Source of the DNA: an uncultured Pseudomonadota bacterium
GTDB taxonomy: Bacteria > Desulfobacterota > Syntrophorhabdia > Syntrophorhabdales > CAYQXL01
Length of the DNA stretch: 64,000 nucleotides
NCBI GenBank assembly: GCA_964421445.1
Contig: CAYQXL010000001.1
Location: 1,981-65,980, forward strand
Direction of reading: 5' to 3'
A model generated the notes under the pieces. It was not told the origin of the DNA. It was given only the letters and a program-made list of their open reading frames with translations, and ran no database searches. Numbering within the stretch: position 1 is the first letter of the stretch; every line of letters starts with the position of its first letter. Positions 1 through 6,993 of the stretch are shown one piece after another. Made by a program: the position numbers and the translations under genes.

Positions 1-2457
1 AAAGAAGAGCCGGTCAGGTGGAACACTGAGCTGTCGCGCAAAATACTTCTTCATCACTGAACCGAACATCTGCTGGGGAGACCGGCACGAGGAGAGGTGG
101 GGAAGGATGTCGGGAGCCATTTTCTCACAGTAATTGACCCATGCCGGACAGCAGGACGTAATCTGGGGAAGGATTCCGCCCTCGCCGAGACGGGTCAGAA
201 ATTCGGTCCCTTCTTCCATGATGGTGAGGTCGGCAGCCCAGCATGTATCAAAAACAAAATTAAATCCAACCTCCTTCAGTCCGGCTGACAAGACTGCCAT
301 AACCTCCGGTGCATCGATACCGTAATGTTGCCCGAAGGTTGCCCTGACTGCCGGGGCAATCTGGGCCACAACGGTGAGGTTCGGGTTATGCAGGGCCTGG
401 TAGATGTCGGGAAGGACCGGCTTGAAAGAGAGTGCTCCCGTAGGACAGGTTGTTGCACAATGGCCGCAGGCAACGCAGACAGTCATGTCAAGGGGACGTC
501 GGTCATTGGGTCCTATGGTCAGGACATTATTGGTCTCGTAGAAGGAAAGCGCCGAAGAGCCTTCCATTTCACGGCAGATTTTGAGGCAAAGCCCGCAGAG
601 AATGCATTTGCCCGGATCACGAACGATGAAGGGGTGGTTGTCATCAATGGGCAGGGGCCGGGCCGGTGTCGGATGATCGAACTGGACCCCGTATTCACTG
701 GCATATCGCCTCAACGTGCATGAATAGCGTTCCGTACAACCGCAGGATAGACATCGTGCTGCCTCGTCCATGGCGCTTCTTTCATCCCATGTCCGGGTAG
801 ATTCTTCGAAGCTCTTTTTCCTTTCCTCTGGGGGAAGGACAGGGATGTCCATCCTTTCGACGAAACCAACCCGCCTGAATTCGTCAGAAGGAATCTCGCT
901 CCAGTCTCCCTTTGTACAATTGAAAAGCTCGACGGCCGGAGTACATTTCCCCGTGCGAAGGAACTCGTCGATTTCAAGCGCTGCCCTTTTCCCTGCACCG
1001 ATGGCGTTTATGGCGATGTCCGGTCCGCTCACACAGTCTCCCCCTGCAAAGACACCGGGTATGGATGTCTCTGTTGTGAGCCCGCCGGTAAGGATCGTAC
1101 CATGCTTCGTTGTCAGGTCATCCCTGGCGATACATTCATTATCGACAATCTGGCCGATGGCGGTTACGATTGTCGAGCAGGCGATCGTAAATTCAGATCC
1201 CTCCACAGGGACGGGGCGGCGCCTTCCGCTGGCATCAGGTTCGCCAAGCTCCATCGTCATGCATGTGAGAGAGAGGGCACCATCTTCCTTTGCGATCGAG
1301 ACAGGGGCGGTCAGATACATCATTTCCACGCTTTCTTCGATAGCTTCTTCAATCTCTATGTCCTGGGCAGGCATCTCAGCCCTTGTTCTCCGGTATGCCA
1401 CGACCACCCTGCGCACACCGAGGCGAATAGCGCTTCGCGCAGCATCCATGGCGGTGTTCCCGCCGCCAAAAACGACGACCGTGTGGCCAAGGTCCGGTTG
1501 CTCCCCCCGTGCAAGGCGGGCAAGGAGATCGAGTCCTGTCATGACACCGGGGAGATCTTCGCCCGGTATGGCCATACGGGAAGATCGTTGGGCGCCAATC
1601 CCAAGAAATATGGCCTCATACCCCTCCCGCTTCAGGGACTGAATGGTGAAGTCCTTCCCCAATTCCCGGTTGTAGTGGATATCCATATCGAGATTGAGGA
1701 TTGCCATGACCTCGCGGGTGAGGATATTATCAGGCAAGCGATAGTAAGGAATCCCCCATCGCAGCATCCCGCCGGCAGCTTCCTGTTTTTCGTAAATGGT
1801 AACCTTGTGGCCAAGGCACCGCAGATAATACGCACACGTAAGCCCTGCCGGTCCTGCGCCGACAATGGCCACGTTATGTCCGGTACCAGGGGCCAGTGAA
1901 GGAACATATTCTACAGTCTGGTAACTGTTAAAATCTCCTATGAATCGCTTTACCCCGTTTATGTTTACCGGTGAGTCGACAGCATTTCGGCGGCATACAT
2001 CCTCACAGGGGTGCGGGCAGACCCTGCCGCAGACCGAAGGTAAGGGGTTGTTTTCTTTTATGACCGCCAGCGCTTCCACAAAATTTCCGTTTGCTACATG
2101 GTAGAGATACTTTTGTATGTCGATGCCGCCGGGACAGCGGACAACACACGGTGCCACGCAATCACCATAATGGCTGCGCAGGAGGGCCTGGAGGTATATG
2201 GTCCGGAAGTTCTCAAGGGCGGGAGAGCGGGTAGTGACGACCATCCCCTCCGCTACGGTGGTGGCAGTTGCGGAAACTATGCGTGATTTTCCCTTCTCTG
2301 CCATTTCCACCACAGAGAGTTCTATGCTGGTAGGGGGGCTCACCCTGGGGTCGTAGCCGAGGCTCGGTATGTCGATGCCGTTTTCCCTGGCTGCATCGAT
2401 GATAGTGCTGCCGTCCCGTGCGGAACATAGTCTATTGTCTATCGTTAAAGTTGCCAA
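1..2457 (-). CDS. [FeFe]-hydrogenase catalytic protein fused to an N-terminal ferredoxin-like domain and a GltD-like NAD(P)H/FAD module (partial; 3' end runs off the window start)
   Basis: Absent from the ORF track because it has no stop inside the window. Manual minus-strand translation from TTG at 2457 is open to nt 1; there is an in-frame TAA directly upstream and GGAGGAG just 5' of the TTG. It reads LATLTIDNRLCSARDGSTIIDAARENGIDIPSLGYDPRV... Next come a GltD-type Cys region (GDCVAPCVVRCP...GRVCPHPCEDVCRR) and a dinucleotide fold (VAIVGAGPAGL, VVVFGGGNTAMD). Two CxxCxxCxxxC(P) ferredoxin motifs follow. It ends with hydrogenase blocks VAQIAPAVRATFG, FDTCWAADLTIMEEG and TSCCPAWV. Confidence 0.85.
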   Translation of the reverse strand, partial: MATLTIDNRLCSARDGSTIIDAARENGIDIPSLGYDPRVSPPTSIELSVVEMAEKGKSRIVSATATTVAEGMVVTTRSPALENFRTIYLQALLRSHYGDCVAPCVVRCPGGIDIQKYLYHVANGNFVEALAVIKENNPLPSVCGRVCPHPCEDVCRRNAVDSPVNINGVKRFIGDFNSYQTVEYVPSLAPGTGHNVAIVGAGPAGLTCAYYLRCLGHKVTIYEKQEAAGGMLRWGIPYYRLPDNILTREVMAILNLDMDIHYNRELGKDFTIQSLKREGYEAIFLGIGAQRSSRMAIPGEDLPGVMTGLDLLARLARGEQPDLGHTVVVFGGGNTAMDAARSAIRLGVRRVVVAYRRTRAEMPAQDIEIEEAIEESVEMMYLTAPVSIAKEDGALSLTCMTMELGEPDASGRRRPVPVEGSEFTIACSTIVTAIGQIVDNECIARDDLTTKHGTILTGGLTTETSIPGVFAGGDCVSGPDIAINAIGAGKRAALEIDEFLRTGKCTPAVELFNCTKGDWSEIPSDEFRRVGFVERMDIPVLPPEERKKSFEESTRTWDERSAMDEAARCLSCGCTERYSCTLRRYASEYGVQFDHPTPARPLPIDDNHPFIVRDPGKCILCGLCLKICREMEGSSALSFYETNNVLTIGPNDRRPLDMTVCVACGHCATTCPTGALSFKPVLPDIYQALHNPNLTVVAQIAPAVRATFGQHYGIDAPEVMAVLSAGLKEVGFNFVFDTCWAADLTIMEEGTEFLTRLGEGGILPQITSCCPAWVNYCEKMAPDILPHLSSCRSPQQMFGSVMKKYFARQLSVPPDRLFF

Positions 2458-2569
2458 TTACTCCTCCGGTTCCCGAGATAAGAGGGGATTGTATATAAGA
2501 GTACATCTGCGACCGCCCTGTAAACATCCCTGCCACGAACACCTGCCGCACCTTTGAAAGGTGGGCTGA

Positions 2570-2598
2570 ATTATACTTTTTTGCCGGGATATATGCAA
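2570..2598 (-). promoter_or_regulatory. sigma70-type promoter candidate for the hydrogenase fusion gene
   Basis: The minus strand reads TTGCAT, a 17-nt spacer, then TATAAT (-35 = 2598..2593, -10 = 2575..2570). This lies about 110 nt upstream of the TTG start. Confidence 0.5.
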
Positions 2599-2766
2599 GT
2601 ATGTTGCCATTCTCAAATCCACCGCCTGATCTCACGACACCCATGGTCATCATCTGGGGTCTGGGACAGAAGGCGAGATGAAAAAGGTTGACGGGTTAGC
2701 CCACAAAAACAGATGATAGTAGGATGGATGGAGGAGAGTGTCTGTGAATCTGGGGGAGAGGCGTTG

Positions 2767-4155
2767 ATGGAAAGGAAGAGGGTTCTCGGATTCTGGGATC
2801 TCCTGCTTTTTTCGTTTTGCGGGATTTTTGGCGTGGAAGCCATCGCAGCTTCGGCCGCCATAGGACCTTCAGCGATATTCTGGTGGCTCGTATGTATTTG
2901 CGGCTATTTTCTGCCGTTCGGCCTGATTGTCGCTGAACTGGGTTCCACCTATCCCGAGCAGGGAGGAATCTACGGATGGATCAAAAGGGCGCTGGGCGGA
3001 AAATGGGCCGCCCGGACGACCTGGTACTACTGGATAGCTCTGCCCTTATGGTTGCCCGGAATATACATTGCAATCGCTGAAATGACCGGACAGATGTTCT
3101 TCCCCGGTATGGGGCTTGCAGGAAAGGTGTTGCTTGGCGTCCTTATGATATGGATCATAGTCGGGATAAACATCTGCTCTCTTCAATCGTCAAAATGGGT
3201 GCCCAACATCGGTTCGGTCACCCAGCTTGTCGTGGTGGCCGGGGTCATAGGTGCCGCTGTCATGACCTTTCTGAAGACCGGGCGCTTCGCCAACGAGATA
3301 AGCATGGCGACCGTACTGCCCGACCTGAAAGCCGAGATTGCTTTTATCCCCATGATCATCTATAACCTGTTTGGTTGCGAGCTGGTCCTGGGGGCTGCGG
3401 GAGAAATGAAAAACCCGGGAAGGGATGTCCCGAGGGCGCTTATTTTGTGCGCTGTGGTGATTGCGTCGTTGTATCTGGTCGCAACATGTGCAATCTGGGT
3501 TGTCATTCCTGTTGCCGACATAAATATTGCCAGCGGTATCCTTCAGGTGTTCAGGGTCGTTTTCGGCAATGAGGGCTTTGGACGAATCGTTGTCATTATA
3601 TTTGGCCTGAACATTCTGGCCAATCTGTTTACAGGTATCGTTCCATGGACATTGGGCGAGAATCGGACGGTCGCCGAAGCCGCCCGCAACGGAGAACTAC
3701 CTGAAGTCTTCGGAAAAGTGACCAGAAGGAACATGGCCCCGGTCGGAGCTTCGATAGTATCGGGGATCATCTCTACGGTAGTGATCATTGCCTACGGACT
3801 GATTGCCAGGAATGCAGCCGAGTTGTTCTGGCAGGTTATTTCTTTTAGCTGTGTCGTCAACATGCTCTGTTATCTGGTGCTCTTTCCCGTGTTCGTCCTT
3901 CTGAGGAAGAAGGATAGGGACACGAAAAGACCATATCGGATACCCGGTCCCGACTGGATCGCCGTAGTGCTGGCGATAATGGCAGAGGTAGTGGTTTTTG
4001 TTGCCGTGTTGGTCTGGATCATCCAGCCCGGTCGCGAGTTTACCCGCTCCACCTTGCCTATGCTGGTGGGAATGGTGCTCACGATCCTTGCAGGTGAGGT
4101 TCTCGTGGCCCACTCGGCGAGAAGATCCTCCGCCCCTTCTCAGGGACGTCCTTGA
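2767..4155 (+). CDS. APC-superfamily amino acid/polyamine permease
   Basis: The track ORF is 2713..4155. The protein is polytopic and hydrophobic throughout, with GGIYGWIKRALGGKWAARTTWYYW and a general layout typical of APC permeases. I prefer the start at ATG 2767 (GGAGAGG 5 nt upstream); 2713 is also possible. Confidence 0.8.
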   Translation: MERKRVLGFWDLLLFSFCGIFGVEAIAASAAIGPSAIFWWLVCICGYFLPFGLIVAELGSTYPEQGGIYGWIKRALGGKWAARTTWYYWIALPLWLPGIYIAIAEMTGQMFFPGMGLAGKVLLGVLMIWIIVGINICSLQSSKWVPNIGSVTQLVVVAGVIGAAVMTFLKTGRFANEISMATVLPDLKAEIAFIPMIIYNLFGCELVLGAAGEMKNPGRDVPRALILCAVVIASLYLVATCAIWVVIPVADINIASGILQVFRVVFGNEGFGRIVVIIFGLNILANLFTGIVPWTLGENRTVAEAARNGELPEVFGKVTRRNMAPVGASIVSGIISTVVIIAYGLIARNAAELFWQVISFSCVVNMLCYLVLFPVFVLLRKKDRDTKRPYRIPGPDWIAVVLAIMAEVVVFVAVLVWIIQPGREFTRSTLPMLVGMVLTILAGEVLVAHSARRSSAPSQGRP

Positions 4156-4424
4156 AATTGTGACAGAATGACACACTCCGCTCCACCTATAATTTCCGTT
4201 TAGTAATTGTTCTCTTGTTTATAAATGTCCCTGATTGATGATTTGACGGCAAACCTGTTCATTCATGGGCAAAAGAGACGGGTCATATCCCTGAAGTAAA
4301 CTCATTCGGAACTTGCCATAAGTAATAGATAAGAAGCTCTCTAAACTTTGTGTTATAGACCGTGAGGCTGGGCCTGGTTCTCATGGAGTAAGCAAAATAA
4401 TGTCAATATTTCAAGGACGTCCCT
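4142..4424. repeat. Terminal inverted repeats bracketing an AT-rich 283-bp segment (MITE-like)
   Basis: 4142..4158 AGGGACGTCCTTGAAAT is the exact reverse complement of 4408..4424. The match extends imperfectly to about 24 nt (TGACA again matched at 4161..4165 / 4401..4405). The left arm overlaps the permease stop codon (4153..4155). Confidence 0.75.
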
Positions 4425-4612
4425 CAATGCGATGGGAGTCGAAAGGAAATCTTTGTCGTTGACAATATCAGGCCTATCTGAGATATTTGTATAATAAACG
4501 AAAAACCGAAGTGTTTTTTTGGAAGGAAGACTGGCGAAAGGATCGTTTTTCCAAGTCTGCACATAACATTGCTGCTTATTAGCAAAATAAAATATCGGAA
4601 GGTGTATCTGCT

Positions 4613-4855
4613 ATGAAGAAAAGATCGGTTGCATTGTTGGTATTGGTTGCTTTCATCGGGATAGCGTTGAGTGGATGCGGATGTTTTCAGCAACAGGTGA
4701 AGGCTGATCCTCCTCCGCCACCACCGAAGGTTCAGGCTCCGCCCCCTCCGCCACCGCCACCGCCCCCTCCGCCTGCGATCAAGGCAGAGCCGAAGAAAGA
4801 AGTACCCCCTCCTCCTCCGCCACCTCCTGCCCCGGAAAAGAAGAAGAAAGGTTGA
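4613..4855 (+). CDS. Small polyproline lipoprotein, paralog 1 (80 aa)
   Basis: MKKRSVALLVLVAFIGIALSGC has a signal peptide and an L-S-G-C lipobox. The mature part holds Pro runs of 6, 12 and 8 (counted from codons) separated by KVQA / AIKAEPKKEV linkers, and ends in KKKKG. The 5' third is near-identical in DNA to 6153..6240. Confidence 0.8.
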   Translation: MKKRSVALLVLVAFIGIALSGCGCFQQQVKADPPPPPPKVQAPPPPPPPPPPPPAIKAEPKKEVPPPPPPPPAPEKKKKG

Positions 4856-5040
4856 TGTTTTTCCGGAAACGACCGTTGGTGGATCGGATGTAACGATTCT
4901 TATTTAAAACGAGATGTTATGAAGTATTTTAATTGAACTGAAGCTCCCGGTTGGGAGCTTCAGTTCATGTATTGCAGCACACTGCAGCCGGAGTAAGGTT
5001 ACGCCCTCCTGTGTGCCGTCAGGGAAACAGGGTGGATTGG
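4856..5040 (+). pseudogene. Decayed remnant of a YkuD-like gene (homologous to the 5' part of 6396..6746)
   Basis: The DNA downstream of paralog 1 aligns by eye with the DNA downstream of paralog 2, e.g. ...ctgaagctccc..gggagcttcag.tcat.tatt.cagcaca... and ...tcagggaaacag... versus ...tcaaggaaacag... The reading frame is broken by stops and frame shifts, and the segment ends where the convergent gene 5073..5744 begins. Confidence 0.45.
4934..4967. repeat. 15-bp-stem hairpin / palindrome downstream of lipoprotein paralog 1
   Basis: tgaactgaagctccc-ggtt-gggagcttcagttca is a perfect 15-bp stem with a 4-nt loop, about 80 nt after the stop at 4855. Its counterpart is at 6472..6503. Confidence 0.85.
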
Positions 5041-5072
5041 CGTTGTCCCTGACGAATATTTCCCGCCAACAC

Positions 5073-5744
5073 TTAATCCCGCTCAGGTTTGCCCGGAGGA
5101 CCGGATCGCTGAGATGGCTGTCTCATCTGGTGCTGTTGCGGATGAGGCTGAGGCTGGTGCATCTGCTGCGGCGTTCTCCGCTCCTGCCGCTGCTGTTCCT
5201 GATGCCTTCTCATATCGGGAGACTGGTTATATTCCCGCTGCCGTTCACGCCTCAGATCATTCCTCTGTTGTGGCGGTCGCGCCTTGTAGCCCTGGACACC
5301 CCATGTCTGGTGTCTTTCCCAATGGCGGTTTTCGCTCCATCGTTTCCAATTCTTGTGGAGGCGTTGCTGAGAGATGCGCTCGTAATACCACGGGTGGCCA
5401 TACCAGGTGCGGTCTCTGTAATACCGCCTCCATCCGGGATCAACGTCGTAGTAGAAGCTGGGAACGGTGTGATAGTATACCCATCCCCGGTCATAATACC
5501 GGGAGCGATACCATCGACCCTGCCAGGGGCGCCACCACCAGCCGTTCCAGAAAAAGAGATCGATATCGAGGTCCGGAACAACGTAAACATAGTTGGTATC
5601 GGGAATAACGACCACATCCGGTTGTTCGGTAAAAGTTATGGGCGGCGGGAGACCGATGCCGATGTTCACGTTTACCTGCGCCAGGGCTGAAAGAGGAAGG
5701 AGACTACAGGACGCCAAAAGCAATCCGACAAACAGTCTTTTCAT
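5073..5744 (-). CDS. Secreted W/Y/R-rich protein with a Q/R/H-rich disordered tail (unknown function)
   Basis: The track ORF is 5073..5765. I prefer the start at ATG 5744 (AAGGAG 8 nt upstream). The signal peptide is MKRLFVGLLLASCSLLPLSALA, which allows an ALA|Q cleavage site or an L-A-S-C lipobox. The core reads FFWNGWWWRPWQGRWYRSRYYDRGWVYYHTVPSFYYDVDPGWRRYYRDRTWYGHPWYYE. The C-terminus is low complexity and rich in Q, R, H and P. Confidence 0.7.
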   Translation of the reverse strand: MKRLFVGLLLASCSLLPLSALAQVNVNIGIGLPPPITFTEQPDVVVIPDTNYVYVVPDLDIDLFFWNGWWWRPWQGRWYRSRYYDRGWVYYHTVPSFYYDVDPGWRRYYRDRTWYGHPWYYERISQQRLHKNWKRWSENRHWERHQTWGVQGYKARPPQQRNDLRRERQREYNQSPDMRRHQEQQRQERRTPQQMHQPQPHPQQHQMRQPSQRSGPPGKPERD

Positions 5745-6003
5745 GGTTTCTACTCCTTTCTTCATTGTTTCTGTTGTCTGTGGCTACTTTTTTGCCTTAT
5801 TCCTGATAAAGCAATATTTGTGCCTTCAAGCATTTCCCTTTTACACAGGACGGTTACGAAGAGAAATGACTATCCTGTTCCTGGATACGGCGACGGTTTT
5901 GTTACCCTGTCGGGACCACAATCGACACAAGTGTCGATCATACCGCTCTCGTTTGTCCCCGCTGTACGCTCAGTTTCAGCATGTTGAGGCTGCATATCTA
6001 TTG

Positions 6004-6032
6004 TTGACAACGTTCTTCCTATCTGACATATT
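6004..6032 (+). promoter_or_regulatory. sigma70-type promoter candidate for lipoprotein paralog 2
   Basis: TTGACA (6004..6009), a 17-nt spacer, then CATATT (6027..6032). This is about 120 nt upstream of ATG 6153. Confidence 0.35.
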
Positions 6033-6152
6033 TCTAAAAGAGCGGCAATGTGGCACGTGTTTGGTGGGGATGTTTTTGGCATGGTCATTCATAAGATGCA
6101 CCGAATGACAAAAGTGGGCAATTAACCAAATTCAATGAAAGGAGATTTCATC

Positions 6153-6392
6153 ATGAAGAAAAGGTCGGTTGCATTGCTGGTATTGGTTGCTTTCATCGGA
6201 ATAGCTTTAGGCGGGTGCGGATGTTTTCAGCAGCAGATAAAGGGTGAGACACCCCCTCCGCCGCCGCCACCACCAAAGGTTGAGGCTCCGCCGCCGCCTC
6301 CCCCTCCGCCTGTAGTCAAAGAAGTCCCGCCGCCTCCCCCGCCGCCGCCTCCCCCTCCGCCTCCGGCGCCGGCAAAGAAGAAGAAAGGATGA
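6153..6392 (+). CDS. Small polyproline lipoprotein, paralog 2 (80 aa)
   Basis: The track ORF starts at 6135. ATG 6153 has AAAGGAG 8 nt upstream and matches the paralog 1 start. MKKRSVALLVLVAFIGIALGGC carries an L-G-G-C lipobox. Pro runs are 8, 8 and 13, and the tail is KKKKG. Confidence 0.8.
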   Translation: MKKRSVALLVLVAFIGIALGGCGCFQQQIKGETPPPPPPPPKVEAPPPPPPPPVVKEVPPPPPPPPPPPPPAPAKKKKG

Positions 6393-6395
6393 TCC

Positions 6396-6746
6396 GTGTT
6401 TCCTGATGTTGTCGTCGACATAGCAGCGGCAATAATCTGCTTCGCGGCGACCTGTCATCCTGTATTAGTTGGAGCTGAAACTCCCCGCGGGGAGTTTCAG
6501 CTCATTCATTACAGCACAACGGACCGGGGATATGGTGGCGACATCCTGTCGTTCAAGGAAACAGATGACGCCCTCTACGCGATTCACCGGGTGATCGATG
6601 TCCGTGGTCAGCGCCGCCCTGCCCGGTTGAAGAGCGGATCTGCAAAACAGCGGAACAGGATAACGGGGGGATGTATCAATGTTGAGCCCGGGGTCTTTGA
6701 TGACCTTGTAAAATGCTGTTACGGGTCTAAGCTGGTCATCAAGTGA
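6396..6746 (+). CDS. Small exported YkuD-like (L,D-transpeptidase-fold) protein
   Basis: GTG start 3 nt after the stop of 6153..6392, with AGGA 6 nt upstream. The N-terminus is hydrophobic (VVVDIAAAIICFAATCHPVLVGA). Motifs occur in the order expected for the YkuD core: TPRGEF, YAIHRV, ITGGCINVEPGVFDDL, GSKLVIK. The His-to-Cys spacing is longer than canonical. Confidence 0.55.
   Translation: MFPDVVVDIAAAIICFAATCHPVLVGAETPRGEFQLIHYSTTDRGYGGDILSFKETDDALYAIHRVIDVRGQRRPARLKSGSAKQRNRITGGCINVEPGVFDDLVKCCYGSKLVIK
6472..6503. repeat. 32-nt perfect palindrome inside the YkuD-like ORF
   Basis: gagctgaaactccccg|cggggagtttcagctc. It is homologous to hairpin 4934..4967, with two paired (compensatory) substitutions. 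Confidence 0.85.
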
Positions 6747-6838
6747 GCGTGGCTTTCAGGGGACAAAGACAGGAGAAAAAAAGAGCAGGTGACATTTTGC
6801 CACGGCAGACTTGTTTCCGGGAAGCGGGGGGGGCAGTA

Positions 6839-6914
6839 TGGAGCGGGCAACGGGGCTCGAACCCGCGGCATCAAGCTTGGGAAGCTTGCACTCTACCAGC
6901 TGAGTTATGCCCGC
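6839..6914 (-). tRNA. tRNA-Gly (anticodon CCC), CCA encoded
   Basis: The minus strand reads GCGGGCA-TA-ACTC-AGCTGGTA-GAGT-G-CAAGC-TTCCCAA-GCTTG-ATGCC-GCGGG-TTCGAGC-CCCGT-TGCCCGC-T-CCA. It folds into a full cloverleaf with 7/4/5/5-bp stems and a TTCGA T-loop. Confidence 0.95.
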
Positions 6915-6993
6915 CTTGTAGTACTATAACGGAACCAAAAAACGAAATCAACTTTAAACTATCCTGCCTGAGGCATATGGGAACCCACGGGCC

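Noticed and set aside
770-1899. Long + strand ORFs (770..1642, 1102..1899) and other short ORFs listed for the first 2.4 kb
   Set aside because: They are antisense or off-frame to a continuous minus-strand reading frame with strong GltD and [FeFe]-hydrogenase motifs. Their translations are low-complexity (S/R/P/A-rich), typical of shadow ORFs in GC-rich DNA.
4459-4495. TTGACA ... TATAAT pair upstream of lipoprotein paralog 1
   Set aside because: The spacer is 25 nt, too long for a sigma70 promoter, so the two hexamers probably do not act together.
5013-5690. 225-aa + strand ORF and nested ORFs opposite the W/Y/R-rich gene
   Set aside because: These are shadow ORFs. The minus-strand frame has an RBS, a signal peptide and a coherent composition, whereas the + frame is L/R/P-rich with no features.
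6051-6092. Two sigma-54-like words upstream of lipoprotein paralog 2 (TGGCACGTGTTTGGTG and TGGCATGGTCATTCAT)
   Set aside because: At the fixed spacing from the -24 GG, the -12 element reads GT and CA instead of GC. This fails the most conserved positions.
6207-6458. Arg-rich (6207..6458 -) and poly-Gly (6227..6421 -) ORFs
   Set aside because: They are reverse-complement readings of the CCN proline-codon runs of the lipoprotein gene. They have no start context or signal, and the sense strand has a clear RBS, signal peptide and paralog.
4142-6914. Idea that the whole 4.1-6.9 kb region is a tRNA-Gly-targeted genomic island
   Set aside because: I saw no integrase or recombinase, no direct repeat of the tRNA 3' end, and no mobility genes. 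The region looks like a locally rearranged envelope-gene cluster rather than an island.
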